Positions 1 through 10,548 of a DNA stretch of 64,000 nucleotides are shown in pieces. This stretch comes from Fistulifera solaris (lineage: Eukaryota). Both the position numbers and the translations under genes were made by a program. The notes under the pieces are model-generated. The model made no database searches. It saw only the letters and a list, made by a program, of their open reading frames with translations, and was not told the DNA's origin. Numbering within the stretch: the first letter of the stretch is position 1; every line of letters starts with the position of its first letter. The stretch spans positions 1,364,001-1,428,000 of the forward strand of contig AP026123.1 in the NCBI GenBank assembly GCA_030295235.1, in the 5' to 3' direction.

Positions 1-597
1 GACAAGTTGTTTCTCATTGGAAAGCTCAACACGCACGCGATCTTGGGAATTGTTGTCGCGGGACTTTTCGCTATCATTTACGCCGCTTATCGTTGCAATC
101 GCTGGAGTCAGAGCCGTCAACAGTCCAAGCCATCGACCGAACCCAAGTGCACGTTCCGAATTTCATCCGATGACGACGTGTCCACCATCGGGCCGATCGA
201 CGAAACTGTGGATAGCGAGAAAGGGGAAGACGGAAAGAACGCGGAAGTTTCACAATCGGCCACGACGATGCGCGTCGGCAATTCTCTCAAACTGAACGCG
301 AGCCGCAAACAAGAAAATGAGTTCGAAGGCGAATTGATCGATGTCATTCTCCCTGCGGGTAAACTGGGAATCGTCATTGACACTCCGGACAATGGCTTGC
401 CGGTGATTCACGCCGTGAAAAGAACTTCCGCCGTCCGCGATCAGCTTCGTGTTGGAGACAAGCTGTTGGCCATTGACGACGAAGATATCCGCGACAAGAC
501 GGCATACCATGTATCCAAAATCATCTCCAGTAAAATGTTCAATCCTCAGCGGAAATTCACGATTGTGCGACCCTATGAGATCATCCACATCACTTGA
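1..597 (+). CDS. 3' part of single-pass membrane protein with C-terminal PDZ domain
   Basis: Hydrophobic segment ILGIVVAGLFAIIYAAY, then a PDZ-like region (LPAGKLGIVIDTP...PVIHAVK..S.V..QLRVGDKLLAIDDED). Open at the window edge. Confidence 0.75.
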   Translation, partial: DKLFLIGKLNTHAILGIVVAGLFAIIYAAYRCNRWSQSRQQSKPSTEPKCTFRISSDDDVSTIGPIDETVDSEKGEDGKNAEVSQSATTMRVGNSLKLNASRKQENEFEGELIDVILPAGKLGIVIDTPDNGLPVIHAVKRTSAVRDQLRVGDKLLAIDDEDIRDKTAYHVSKIISSKMFNPQRKFTIVRPYEIIHIT

Positions 598-812
598 GAC
601 TTCTAGAGAAATTGTGTGCAATACCGTGACAATAGATAATAGTAACAGACCAGTTGGCTTTGATCCGAAAATACGACTTTAATGCGTACAATGATGCTGA
701 AAAGGTCAATCAAAATTGCAAGAATAACAAGCAATGCGCATAATCAGAAGACGAAAAATGTCTCTAGAGTTTCTTCGTGGCATCTTTTTCTTTTCATTCA
801 GCTCCGTGCGGC

Positions 813-1535
813 TCATGACTGAAATGTACATCAGTCGTGGTCTCCCTGAACCTACAATTTGAGTCGATAGTAAATACAGAAGACAACGTTTCGTGCAATG
901 CAAAACGCTGCTAAAAACTATTGCATTGCCGCGACGACAAATGGAGCTCAAGTAGTTAGCTGAACAAACGACTGTGAGGCAGCATTGTCGCTCAAATGAA
1001 ATTGATTCATGACTGCACCATTCATTCTCAATTTTCTTACTGACCTGCAGTCGTTACGAAATACGGACAACACTTTGGTCTATAGTGAAATACGGCAGAA
1101 AACGTTTCGAAGGCTTTTCGACGTACAATATCAAGGCGTTTAATGCAAACGCTGCTCAAGACTATTGCATTTGCCACAACGACAAATGGAGCTCAAGATA
1201 GTTTGCTGAACAAACGAATGCGAGGCAGCACTGTCGCTCAAATGAAATTGATTCATGACTGAAATGCAGTCGTGGCGAAATACGGAAAAACTTTGGTCTA
1301 TAGTGAAATACGGCAGACTACCAAGGCTTTTCGACCAATTTTTTCGACGTACAAATATCAAAGCGTGTCATGCAAACGCTGCTTACGACTATTGTATTGC
1401 CACAACGACAATTGGAGCTCAAGATAGATAGTCTAGTTTGCTGAACAAACACATTGTTGGCAGCATTGTCGCTCAAATAAAGTTGATTTGCGGTCTTGGA
1501 TAAGTTGATTGTATACGACACTTTGGACAATAATA
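813..1535 (+). repeat. Degenerate tandem array (3 full + 1 partial unit, periods ~194/246/234 bp) headed by the dispersed hairpin element
   Basis: TCATGACTG heads at 813, 1007 and 1253, eroded head near 1487. Shared blocks: GCAAACGCTGCT..ACTATTGCATT..GACAAATGGAGCTCAAG..CTGAACAAAC..GGCAGCATTGTCGCTCAAAT. Confidence 0.85.
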
Positions 1536-1805
1536 CCAGTAGTAGATTCGGTTGACCTTTCATAAAGCAGACGGAGGTTTATAGTGCTTATATTGTAGCT
1601 CAAGTTTACTGAATTCGTTGATGAAGTCGAAATCTTAACTTATCCATAGAACTGGATGTAATTGTCCAACAAATGCTGACTTAAGCGTTTTCCTACGATT
1701 CGGATGCCCTATGAAATAGCCTAACATGGACAACATGACAAAAAGCTTACAATCATAACAGTCCCACAGAAACTAGACTTTTTCACAAGCGTAACAAACC
1801 AAAAA

Positions 1806-2988
1806 TTACTCGTAAGTTAATTCATCCACATTTTCAAAATCGAACAGCATTCCGTACTCCAAATCGAACTTCGACTCCACAGCCACTCCGATCCCAGTAC
1901 CAGAGCTTTGGTAATAATAACCCGCCTCATTGATAAAAAATCAGATAGACTTCTTCACCATGTGAGCCTTCGTAGTTCACAACTGATCCGTCCCCTGCGA
2001 CAAACAGAGGGTCCCCTTTTCTCACAAGTTGGTAATCACGATCTTGTAGTGATTTGTGAACCATTAACGCTGGGAAATTCGGGTTATCGGGATCACAGGG
2101 CCACTTGATCTTTCCCGAAATTTCTCCCGGCCTTACCGCGGGAGCTGTACGAAAGCAAGGGACCCATCCATCCGGAAACGAATCCTGAAGGTATCCATAG
2201 ATATCCTCTCCCATATTCACGCGCTGTAAGAAATCCAAAATTGCATGCAGCGCCGCCTCTGTGTTCTCTACAGCGTCATGACGTAAGACGCCGACTGGAA
2301 CCGGTCCTACTTCAATCGTAAATCCATGCTTCGCAGCGGATGAAAGGTTGGGACGATGCATCCGTTCCGGAATGGAATGCATAAGGCAACGAGAGCCGGG
2401 ACACTTGAGTGACACGTAAGCAGCAGCTTGGGCCATGAGTTCATCGCCTTCAGGAATGATGATTGTTGTACCCATATTACTGGTAGTCGAGTGTAGGTCA
2501 ATACATACATCGACTTCATGACTGTTTTCATCGCATTTCGAACCCAGTATTTCGTCCAGTTCTCGAGCTCGAATACTTTCTACCGTATCAAGACGACGTT
2601 GATTTATTGTGCTTCTTGATGAACTTTCATCAATCGCACATAACTTATCCACGACGAACTCACGATTTAGATCCGTATCGACAAATCGTTTGTTGAGTAA
2701 GTGTGCTTCGGGGTTTCCCAGGATTGTTTCTAATTGCAAAGACGGATATTTGCTTTCCCACTTCTTGCGTTGCATTTCCAACGACTTTATGCACCAAACA
2801 CCTGCGTGCGAATTTGCTTAGCCGTCACAGCTCTCGACGACGAAAGCAAGAATGAATCATTTCGTACCTGTGTATTCGTTACCGTGCGTGCCTCCAACGA
2901 TCATGACGCGGTTGATCGGTGAAGACAGCGCGCTGCATACGGTAATAATGCAAACAAGTGATGATACGGCAGTTATTGAATTTATCAT
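1806..2988 (-). CDS. ASPA: Aspartoacylase (AstE/AspA family) with N-terminal signal-like peptide
   Basis: Exon 1 MINSITAVSSLVCIITVCSAL...VGGTHGNEYTG; intron 2802-2867; motifs RFVDTDLNR, DLHSTT, IEVGP. A frameshift at the A6 run (~1935) restores a LIFINEAGYY C-terminus. Confidence 0.85.
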
Positions 2989-3140
2989 TGTTGTTAAGTT
3001 CTAGTCCGTTTTGATTTTTGAAGAAATAATGAACCACATGCCGACTTCATTGTCGATCGAGCGTTTTGCGCATTTTCGTTTTTTTCTCGTTGCGCCGAAA
3101 TGCAGAAAGCAGAAACGAACTTCGTGGGCGAAAACGGTGC

Positions 3141-3170
3141 GACGTCATGAAGCGTGACGTGTGTGACGTG
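3141..3170. promoter_or_regulatory. Cluster of three TGACGT (bZIP/aureochrome-type) sites upstream of ASPA
   Basis: ACGTCA at 3142, TGACGT at 3155 and 3164, ~150-180 bp upstream of the ATG. Confidence 0.35.
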
Positions 3171-3424
3171 TCAATGTAGACTCATCTTTTTGTTGCATAG
3201 TCAAGCTGCCTATGCGACATTTACATTCTGTCGTTTTAGAGGAGACGTAGGTTGGGTGTTGGGTGGCATAAGTTTAGTTTCATGTGTCATGTGTAACTAC
3301 TAGAGAGTCTACTCTCCAGACTAAATAAGTGATGCTACATATCGCCAACAATCTATCTATGAAAATTCTGAATGCCCATGCGTCTGCTAAAAAAAGCTGG
3401 TACAGAAACTTGCCTGGCGAAACA

Positions 3425-4182
3425 TCAATAGGCAATCCGACGCTTTTTGCGGGCAGTTTGTTTATCCTGACAATAGCTTTTTCGTTTCGATATAGAGAAT
3501 CTCAAACGTGGCCAAAGATTCGGGTTTTCTCTGATCATAATATAAAAAGCATCAACATTCCCTACCTGCAAAGCACAAAGCAAGGGCGTCGATCGCGACC
3601 GAGTTTTCGCCAATACATCTTCTCCATGACTCATTAGAAGTTTCACTAATTCATTTCGTTTCCACTCGATTGCTCGAAACAGTGGTGTCCGCCCTTCCTC
3701 ATCTCTGGACGCCACGGAAGCACCATTCTGCAAAAGATATTCTGCAATAGCTATTTGATCACGACAAACTGCTCGGATCAAAGGTGTTCGACCTAGAGTG
3801 TCTTCAAAGTCTATAGTCGCACCATTTGTGACAAGTAATTGGACTACCGATAAATTGCCTCGGTAGCTTGCCCAGTACAAGGGCGTCTGACCACAGGCAT
3901 CGGAGAAATTCAAAGCTGCACCCTTGGCTAAAGAAGCTTGATGATTTCGATATGCCCCCCATAGCAAGCCTTGTGAAGAGGCGTAGATCGCCGCTTATCT
4001 AACGCATGGATATTCGCACCATATTCAAGCAGCAATTTCACAATCTCCACCGTCCCTCTTCGACAAGCGAAGTGCAGCAAAGTCCATCCGTCTCGATCCT
4101 TGGTCTCAACAAGCTCCTTAGTGAGCAGGACAGCAAGCGTCTCATTATCACCATCTTGACAGGCATGGATGAGGGGTGTCAT
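3425..4182 (-). CDS. Ankyrin-repeat protein (~7 repeats)
   Basis: Repeated G.TPLH/L.A...G...V.LL...GA. The two ORFs join across a frameshift at the C6 run 3955-3960. Confidence 0.85.
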
Positions 4183-4326
4183 AATCGATTAAAAATGTTT
4201 ACTGTCATCAATGCAAGTGTTTCTCTGTTTTGTGGATTTCGATGCGTTAAAAAGAAAGAGAAAACCTCACCCCTTCGTTTTTATCGCTAAACAGATCGCA
4301 TCGGTACACATCTGTCAAGAAATTTT

Positions 4327-4379
4327 ACTATAAACATCAGATGTATATTACTTTTTTCAAGATTTAATTTCAGTCACGA
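4327..4379 (-). repeat. Dispersed hairpin element copy
   Basis: Reverse complement TCGTGACTGAAATTAAATCTTGAAAAAAGTAATATACATCTGATGTTTATAGT. Its spacer GAAAAAAGTAATATACA nearly matches the 51203 copy. Confidence 0.65.
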
Positions 4380-4783
4380 ATCTGATTATGTCTACTACTT
4401 GCCCATTCTCATCTACCTTAGCTCCGTTCGCACACTCAATAAGCACAAAATCGACAAAATCAAAGGATAATTCTATCAAGCAACATTTTTATGCACTTCT
4501 CGATTCTTTATCTTGAAAATGCCTGTGGGCAATTGTAATCCATATGGTATATCAGGTAAAAGACCTCAAGTCGAGCCAGAGAGCTAGACGTCAAGTGTTC
4601 CAAACCTTGGATCGTTCTGCGCATAACAATTGCTACATGATCGAAAGGTGCCATCTAGTGCATGGGATTCGTGCTATTGGCTAAATGCTAATCGCCAAGA
4701 ATTAACGCAACAAAACAAACTAGAAAGCAATGATAATGAGATCATATAATATAGTAAAATAACCTGTTAAAGTTTAACTTAGA

Positions 4784-6502
4784 CTACAACACCATCAAGA
4801 GAGTCGAGAACAAGAAGGTCACAGCACCGAGACTCTCTAAGCTTGCGCTGCTAGACGATACAGGCGTCCCCCCTTCTTCACCAACGGGACTAGGAGCCGC
4901 TACAGGCGTAGAAGAGGGCGCTGCCGCACTGGGTGACGGAGCAGTTGCAGGCGGAGGGGTAGGGGCAATGTCGGTTGTTGGAGCGGTCGCAGGCGGAGGA
5001 GAAGGAGTACTATCGGTCGTCGGAGGGGACGGGCCAATCGGGGCGATATCAAGGCACTCTAGCTCGACAGACGCACACACTGCCACGAGAAGAGTTGATT
5101 GAATGAACGTCTGATTGTCGCTGTTTGCAGCGCCCGCAACAGACACGAGCGAAGTGTTCGAAGCTTCATTGCAGCAGTTGAAACCCTCTCCAATCGCGAT
5201 ACACGAGGTGCAAACCAGCCCTACGAACGTTGTTTGTTGCGTCTCTGTAACGGAAGGCGCAAGCTCGCAATTATCTCCAGCTCGCAAGACGTGTAACTGA
5301 TAAAATTCATCGAGACTCAAAAGAGAATCTCCGTTCGCATCGGCAGCAACAATATCTTCGTAACATCCAGAAAAGTCGGTGAAGTTCGTAGTGACATTGG
5401 GCGGTTCCAAGACCTCACCACCACATCCAAATACATCACTGGTGAGGCAGATGGAAGACAAAGTACTGCCATCGATCGATTCGAGCGAAATGGTTGTGGT
5501 GTTATCGGAAAGGCATTCTGCGGTAAGATCAGAAAGACAAGCCAGAGAGGCGAACGTTGCTTGTTGATCAACCTGCAATTCCGTAATCTCCTCTTCGCAT
5601 TCGTTGACCGCATTGAGAAAACCAAGATATTCCTCCCGAGTAAGAGCGCCATCACCATCGACATCTGCTGCCGTGAGCTCGTCGGAGCAGTCTGTCGAAG
5701 TGACATTGGGCAGGGTAACGTTCAAGTCGATTCCGAGGCCACACGGGAAAAGTGCAATCGATTCTGTCAAGCCGCAAACGGTTTGCAGAGCAGCCGTCTG
5801 TTCATCGGAACGTCCATCGGAAGACAATCCCGCAACCGAAATGCTGCGATTACTACTATCTAACGAGCAAGAAAGAAATTCTTCAATCGGACACTGTGAC
5901 AAAACAATGCTGCTGTAAACTCCCTGTTGATAAACACCAAATTCGTCTTGATCTTCAGCAGAGCAATTACTTGGCAATGGAGCCAGCGTCGCGAACTCTT
6001 CTGTAGTGATAATTTCATCGCTGTTTGCATCCGCCGCGGTCAGCTTTTCCAAACACTGATTAAAGGCCTCATCATCGACGGTCGGAAGACCTGTCACGGG
6101 TTCGCTCACCGTGCAGTTGGAGATCACGGCGCTGGTACTATCACAAATCGTTTGCAGCGCACTCAACTGTTCACTGGTTCGATCCGAATTCGCAGCGCCG
6201 TCGATCGAAAGCTGCAAATCAAAGCAACAGCTCGGAAGAGGACTGCAAGTGAGACACGTATCCGCGGACAGTCCGGTGTAAACTCCCAATAACAGCAAAT
6301 CCAATGTATCGGACGATTCATAGCAGTCCGGGTAAAGCGCACTGCCGTACGCGTTCGCAAATGCGAGAAATTCGGTATCTTGTTCGAGCTGACCGTCGGC
6401 GTTGGCGTCACTGGCCACCAATGCCGGAAAGCAGGTCGTTTCGTAGTCTTGCGCCAGTGTTACCGAAAGCAACAAGGCCGACGCAGTGTAACGGAACAAC
6501 AT
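4784..6502 (-). CDS. Secreted, probably GPI-anchored Cys-rich protein with four EF-hand-like repeats and Pro/Thr/Ser stalk
   Basis: Signal peptide; loops DANADGQLEQDTEF, DANSDEIITTEEF, DVDGDGALTREEY, DANGDSLLSLDEF; Pro-rich tail; SSSAS followed by a hydrophobic C-terminus. Confidence 0.8.
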   Translation of the reverse strand: MLFRYTASALLLSVTLAQDYETTCFPALVASDANADGQLEQDTEFLAFANAYGSALYPDCYESSDTLDLLLLGVYTGLSADTCLTCSPLPSCCFDLQLSIDGAANSDRTSEQLSALQTICDSTSAVISNCTVSEPVTGLPTVDDEAFNQCLEKLTAADANSDEIITTEEFATLAPLPSNCSAEDQDEFGVYQQGVYSSIVLSQCPIEEFLSCSLDSSNRSISVAGLSSDGRSDEQTAALQTVCGLTESIALFPCGLGIDLNVTLPNVTSTDCSDELTAADVDGDGALTREEYLGFLNAVNECEEEITELQVDQQATFASLACLSDLTAECLSDNTTTISLESIDGSTLSSICLTSDVFGCGGEVLEPPNVTTNFTDFSGCYEDIVAADANGDSLLSLDEFYQLHVLRAGDNCELAPSVTETQQTTFVGLVCTSCIAIGEGFNCCNEASNTSLVSVAGAANSDNQTFIQSTLLVAVCASVELECLDIAPIGPSPPTTDSTPSPPPATAPTTDIAPTPPPATAPSPSAAAPSSTPVAAPSPVGEEGGTPVSSSSASLESLGAVTFLFSTLLMVL

Positions 6503-7055
6503 TTTGAGAGATGAACTGGTTAAAAATTAGAACTACGTCGAACGTAAAGACGATTTAACGTCGTCTATTAAGATCAATAAATGAAAGATTCTGTTGCAAT
6601 GCAAGAGTCGAGTCGGTTTGGCGTGATTTATTTTTGTTTGATGTCGTCGAAGGGTTTTGTCACTGTTTGTCACGCCGGCACGCATGACATTTAGGGGGCC
6701 CAGTACCGGATAGGTACAGTCAATATAGCATTTATTGTGGATGCGACTTCTATCGTGCTTCCGAAAGACGGATTGATGTGCATGCATGGGTACCAGACCA
6801 GGTACCGAACGACACGAATTGAGGCAGAGTGGAGGGGAAAAAATAACGCTGAACCTGGACGCGGATTTGACATGAAACAATAAGGCGCACATGTAAGCAA
6901 CGCAATTAACAGAGGAAAGATCGACCTACAACGATTTGCTGCTGTAATCCTAAGTTTAATTGATGCATATGAAGTATCAAGAGAAACAGAGTGCGCGCAG
7001 GTATTTATTTTTTTGATTTTTCTAAGTAAGGGGTGCTTGTGCTTTCGCATTCAAC

Positions 7056-7439
7056 ATGGCGCTCGAGGAAAGAACCGATCTTCTAAGTGAACTTCTAAAC
7101 GAGCAATACAGAGTCACGCAGGAATATTGCAACGCTCAAATAACACTCTACAATGCACATACAGCTCGATCGCCGAATCACGAGTTTGATGCAGCGTTTG
7201 GCAACTACGAAATTGCCACCGAACAAGTCCAGGCGAATCTACAGAAAATACTCGATTTTCCAGATATCGATGAGCATAAACAGCTTACCAAACGTATCTT
7301 GGATGCAATTTATCGTCAAGGGGCATTCTGGGAATCTGGGGTAGCGATGAATACAACTTACGATGAGAAATCGACTCTAGTTTCTTTGTCCATTTTGCGG
7401 GCCTCAATACAAAGAACAAAAGAGAATGCGGCATTTTGA
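7056..7439 (+). CDS. Hypothetical 127-aa protein (no family recognised)
   Basis: ATG in a CAACATGG context; intact helical-looking ORF in otherwise stop-rich DNA. Confidence 0.5.
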   Translation: MALEERTDLLSELLNEQYRVTQEYCNAQITLYNAHTARSPNHEFDAAFGNYEIATEQVQANLQKILDFPDIDEHKQLTKRILDAIYRQGAFWESGVAMNTTYDEKSTLVSLSILRASIQRTKENAAF

Positions 7440-7553
7440 TCTATTATTTGGGATTATTTATAAAAAAATGGCTTCCATTTCATTCCTAAAACATTGTTTA
7501 CAAGCTAAATAACTAAGTGATCTTCGTCTCGCTAGTAGATAGATGCCATCAGC

Positions 7554-10060
7554 CTAATCCGTCTGCATCTTCTCTTCGGTTTTTTCTTCCGTCTCAACAC
7601 CTTCCATTGGTACTTCTTCTTCTTTCTTTCCGTCTTCGCTAGGCTCGGGAGTCGGGGGCGTTTCTTTTGAGGCTCTTCTTTCGGCTTCGGTTTGGGTTTG
7701 GGCTTGTTAATGACGGGGGAACAAACATCGGCGAGTTCCTTGTGCTTCATACGAATCGAATGCACAGTCAAGACAGGGTCTTCGTCCAAAGACATACCAG
7801 CTTGCTGGTCCAGTTTCTCGTACATCCAAGCACTGATTTCGTCACACTTCGATCGAACCTTTTCACGCTCTTCGTCGGTAACGTGTTCGTACTTTTCGTT
7901 GGCCTGAGATTCGTTGACCCATGCCGTGTACGACTCGAGACTGCTCTGCAGGCTACTGACAACCCCAGGTCGTTCTTGCGACTCTGCTTGACGCTTTTCA
8001 ATGGGATCACCCAGTGCCTTCAGTTCGGCTAGCTTTTCTGCGTACACTTTCTTGGTTGCGTCAAATCCATCTTCGTACAGCCAGTTCTCCATGGCATCAC
8101 GCTTCTCCGCGAAAGCAGCCTTCTCCTCGGGGGTACCGAAAAGACCCAACTGAGAGTCGGACGATATCTTGTCACGCATACCGTAAATATAAGACTCCAG
8201 TTCGTTTCGCATGTTGGAGGTTTCAATTACAATGCGATCAGCGTTGGCCATGGCCACCTCAATTTCGTAATATTTGTTGATTTCATCAGCCGACCAATCC
8301 AAAGGACGAGAAATGCTGCAAGTAAGGTTGGTCTTCTTAATCTTTTTCTTCTTCTCGCCCTCGCCATCTTCCGCGGGGGCATCGGCAGCTGCTTCGCCTC
8401 CCGCAGCGGGTTGCTCCGCCTCGGGATCTTCAATTTCTTCCACCATCTGCGCCGAAGAAATAACAAGAATGCCGTGAATGTCCTGCTTGATATTAACACG
8501 CACTTTGTTATCGGCTGTAGTGGGATTGTCAATGTTGATCGTCGCGATCTCCTCCGCAGCGGCAGGCAGTCCGTATTGTTCCACGTCTTCGTAGGAAGCT
8601 TTGACCGAAAAGGGCCCTCCGCGCTTGAGAGTCACGCGGCGGACGATGGGGAAAGTCAGACCCCTGTTGAACATGGTAACAGAAGACGTGTCTTCATCTC
8701 CACCTTCCCAGGAGATCTTGATGGGGAAAGGTTGCGCTTCTTGAATATCATACGGAAGAACCTTGAAGCGCGGCGATAAGATAGCTGATTGCAAGGCAGC
8801 ACCACGAGCAACACTTTCATCGGCATTCATAGTAGTCGAAAGGTTTTCAATGTTCAAGATTTCAAGAAGCTTGCGTTTCACACATCCGATTCGCGTGGAT
8901 CCTCCAACGATTTCGACGGCTGTAAGGTCGGCAGACGTGAGTTTGGCCTCTTCCAAAGCTTTCTGGATGGGACCAGCCAAGCGATCCAAAAGAGGTTGAC
9001 AGATGGCTTCGTACTCTTCAACTTTGAGACTAGTGCTGAAGTCAAAATCATCCATGAGCATTTCTAGGTTGATACGAGCTTCTTTCACGCCGACGGGGCT
9101 AAGCGTCTTCTTTGCAGCTTCGGCTGCCGCGAGAATCTTGAGGTAAGTTTTCGGCTTGTCCAAAGGCTTGCCTGAAAGTTTGCTTCCAAATTTTTGTTCA
9201 AAGCCCGATGCAATCCAAGTAGCTACAGCCATGTCAAAGTCGCGTCCGCCCAACTCGCTGTCGCACTGAGCCGATTTCACAATCAACTGACCAGGGATAA
9301 AGGTTGCGATAGAGACAGTGTAAGCCGATGCGCCCATGTCGATAAACATAACATTCGTAGGCTTTTCCGCGTCAAACTCTTTCTTCAAATCCTTAAAAAT
9401 ACCATACGACAGGGCAGTAGCTGTGTTCTCGTGCATGAAACGCAATACACCTTTGATTCCGACGATTTCGCAGCCAGCCTGCAATCCCCGTCGCTGAGCA
9501 TCCGTAAAGTAATTCGGAATAGCAACGACCCAGTCCTGCGGGAACAACTCCGACGCTGGAGTGCTAGTTCCCTCAGCAGCCTTCGCCGCCGCAATATCTC
9601 CCATATGACGCAACATCATGCCCGCCACCATTTCGATCGGGACGACCGTCTCCTTTTCCGAATCCCCGGCATGAATTTTGACACCGATCGACGGAGTTCC
9701 TCCGGACGAACGCTCAAATGGGGCGAAAGTGACACCGGGATACCATTTCATCTCCTTTTGTGCGCGAGGATCGTCGAACGCCAGGCCGACCAGTCGCTTC
9801 ATTCCTTTGATGGTGTTTTTCAAGTTCGAAGACTGACCCGAAGTAGCTTGTTCGCCCACCCGACGACATTCGTCAAAACCGACCATAGATCTTAAGAAAT
9901 CAATGTAAGAAAGGAATGCTTAGCCTAGTAAATATCTTTTTGAGGGCACTTACGGGTTCAGGCGGTTACTGCCGCCGTTGAGAATCACATCAACGCCACC
10001 TCTCCCTGCAGCCGCGATAACTGAAGACTGATAGCCAAAATCTACACCCACAACACTCAT
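7554..10060 (-). CDS. HSP110: Hsp110/SSE-type Hsp70-family chaperone
   Basis: MSVVGVDFG...N.GSNRLNP; intron 9891-9953; TTMNADESVARGAALQ; RNELESYIY; ENWLYEDG. Frameshift in the low-complexity tail (~7665). Confidence 0.92.
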
Positions 10061-10312
10061 TGTTTGAATTTACTTGTTAGATTTGCTCAGAAATACTGTA
10101 ACGAACGGAAAGATTTCTCGATTCTTGTCAAGGATGTAAGGAAACGCTTGGACAAATGAAACAGTGCCTGGCTTCGTGAAAACGAAAAAACGGTGATGAG
10201 GGAGGAGAAAATCCGTTGGTGCAGGCGTTCGTCATGCGACGGGTTAATCGTGTTGCCTTCCACTCCTCCTCGTAGAATCATTACTGAGCCCTACGTACTG
10301 GCCCGGAGCCAG

Positions 10313-10370
10313 CCAATCATAGCAGTGACGTCATTTTTGCAATGACCGTGAGACATTTCCTTCCACGTGG
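10313..10370. promoter_or_regulatory. CCAAT, CRE (TGACGTCA) and G-box (CCACGTGG) upstream of HSP110
   Basis: CCAAT 10313, TGACGTCA 10326-10333, CCACGTGG 10363-10370. Confidence 0.35.
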
Positions 10371-10548
10371 AGCGAGTTTTCCGTGCTGTGCACTACCTGG
10401 TACCGTACCAGAGACACTACTGTTAACCTAAACCCCAATAGCATCAATAAAACCAAGAAAAGCTATTTCTAGAGGGCGTGCTCTCTAGCTACGGTAGTTT
10501 AATCGTCCCAGATTAAAATCGCGTCATAACGGAAACAATTATGATTAT

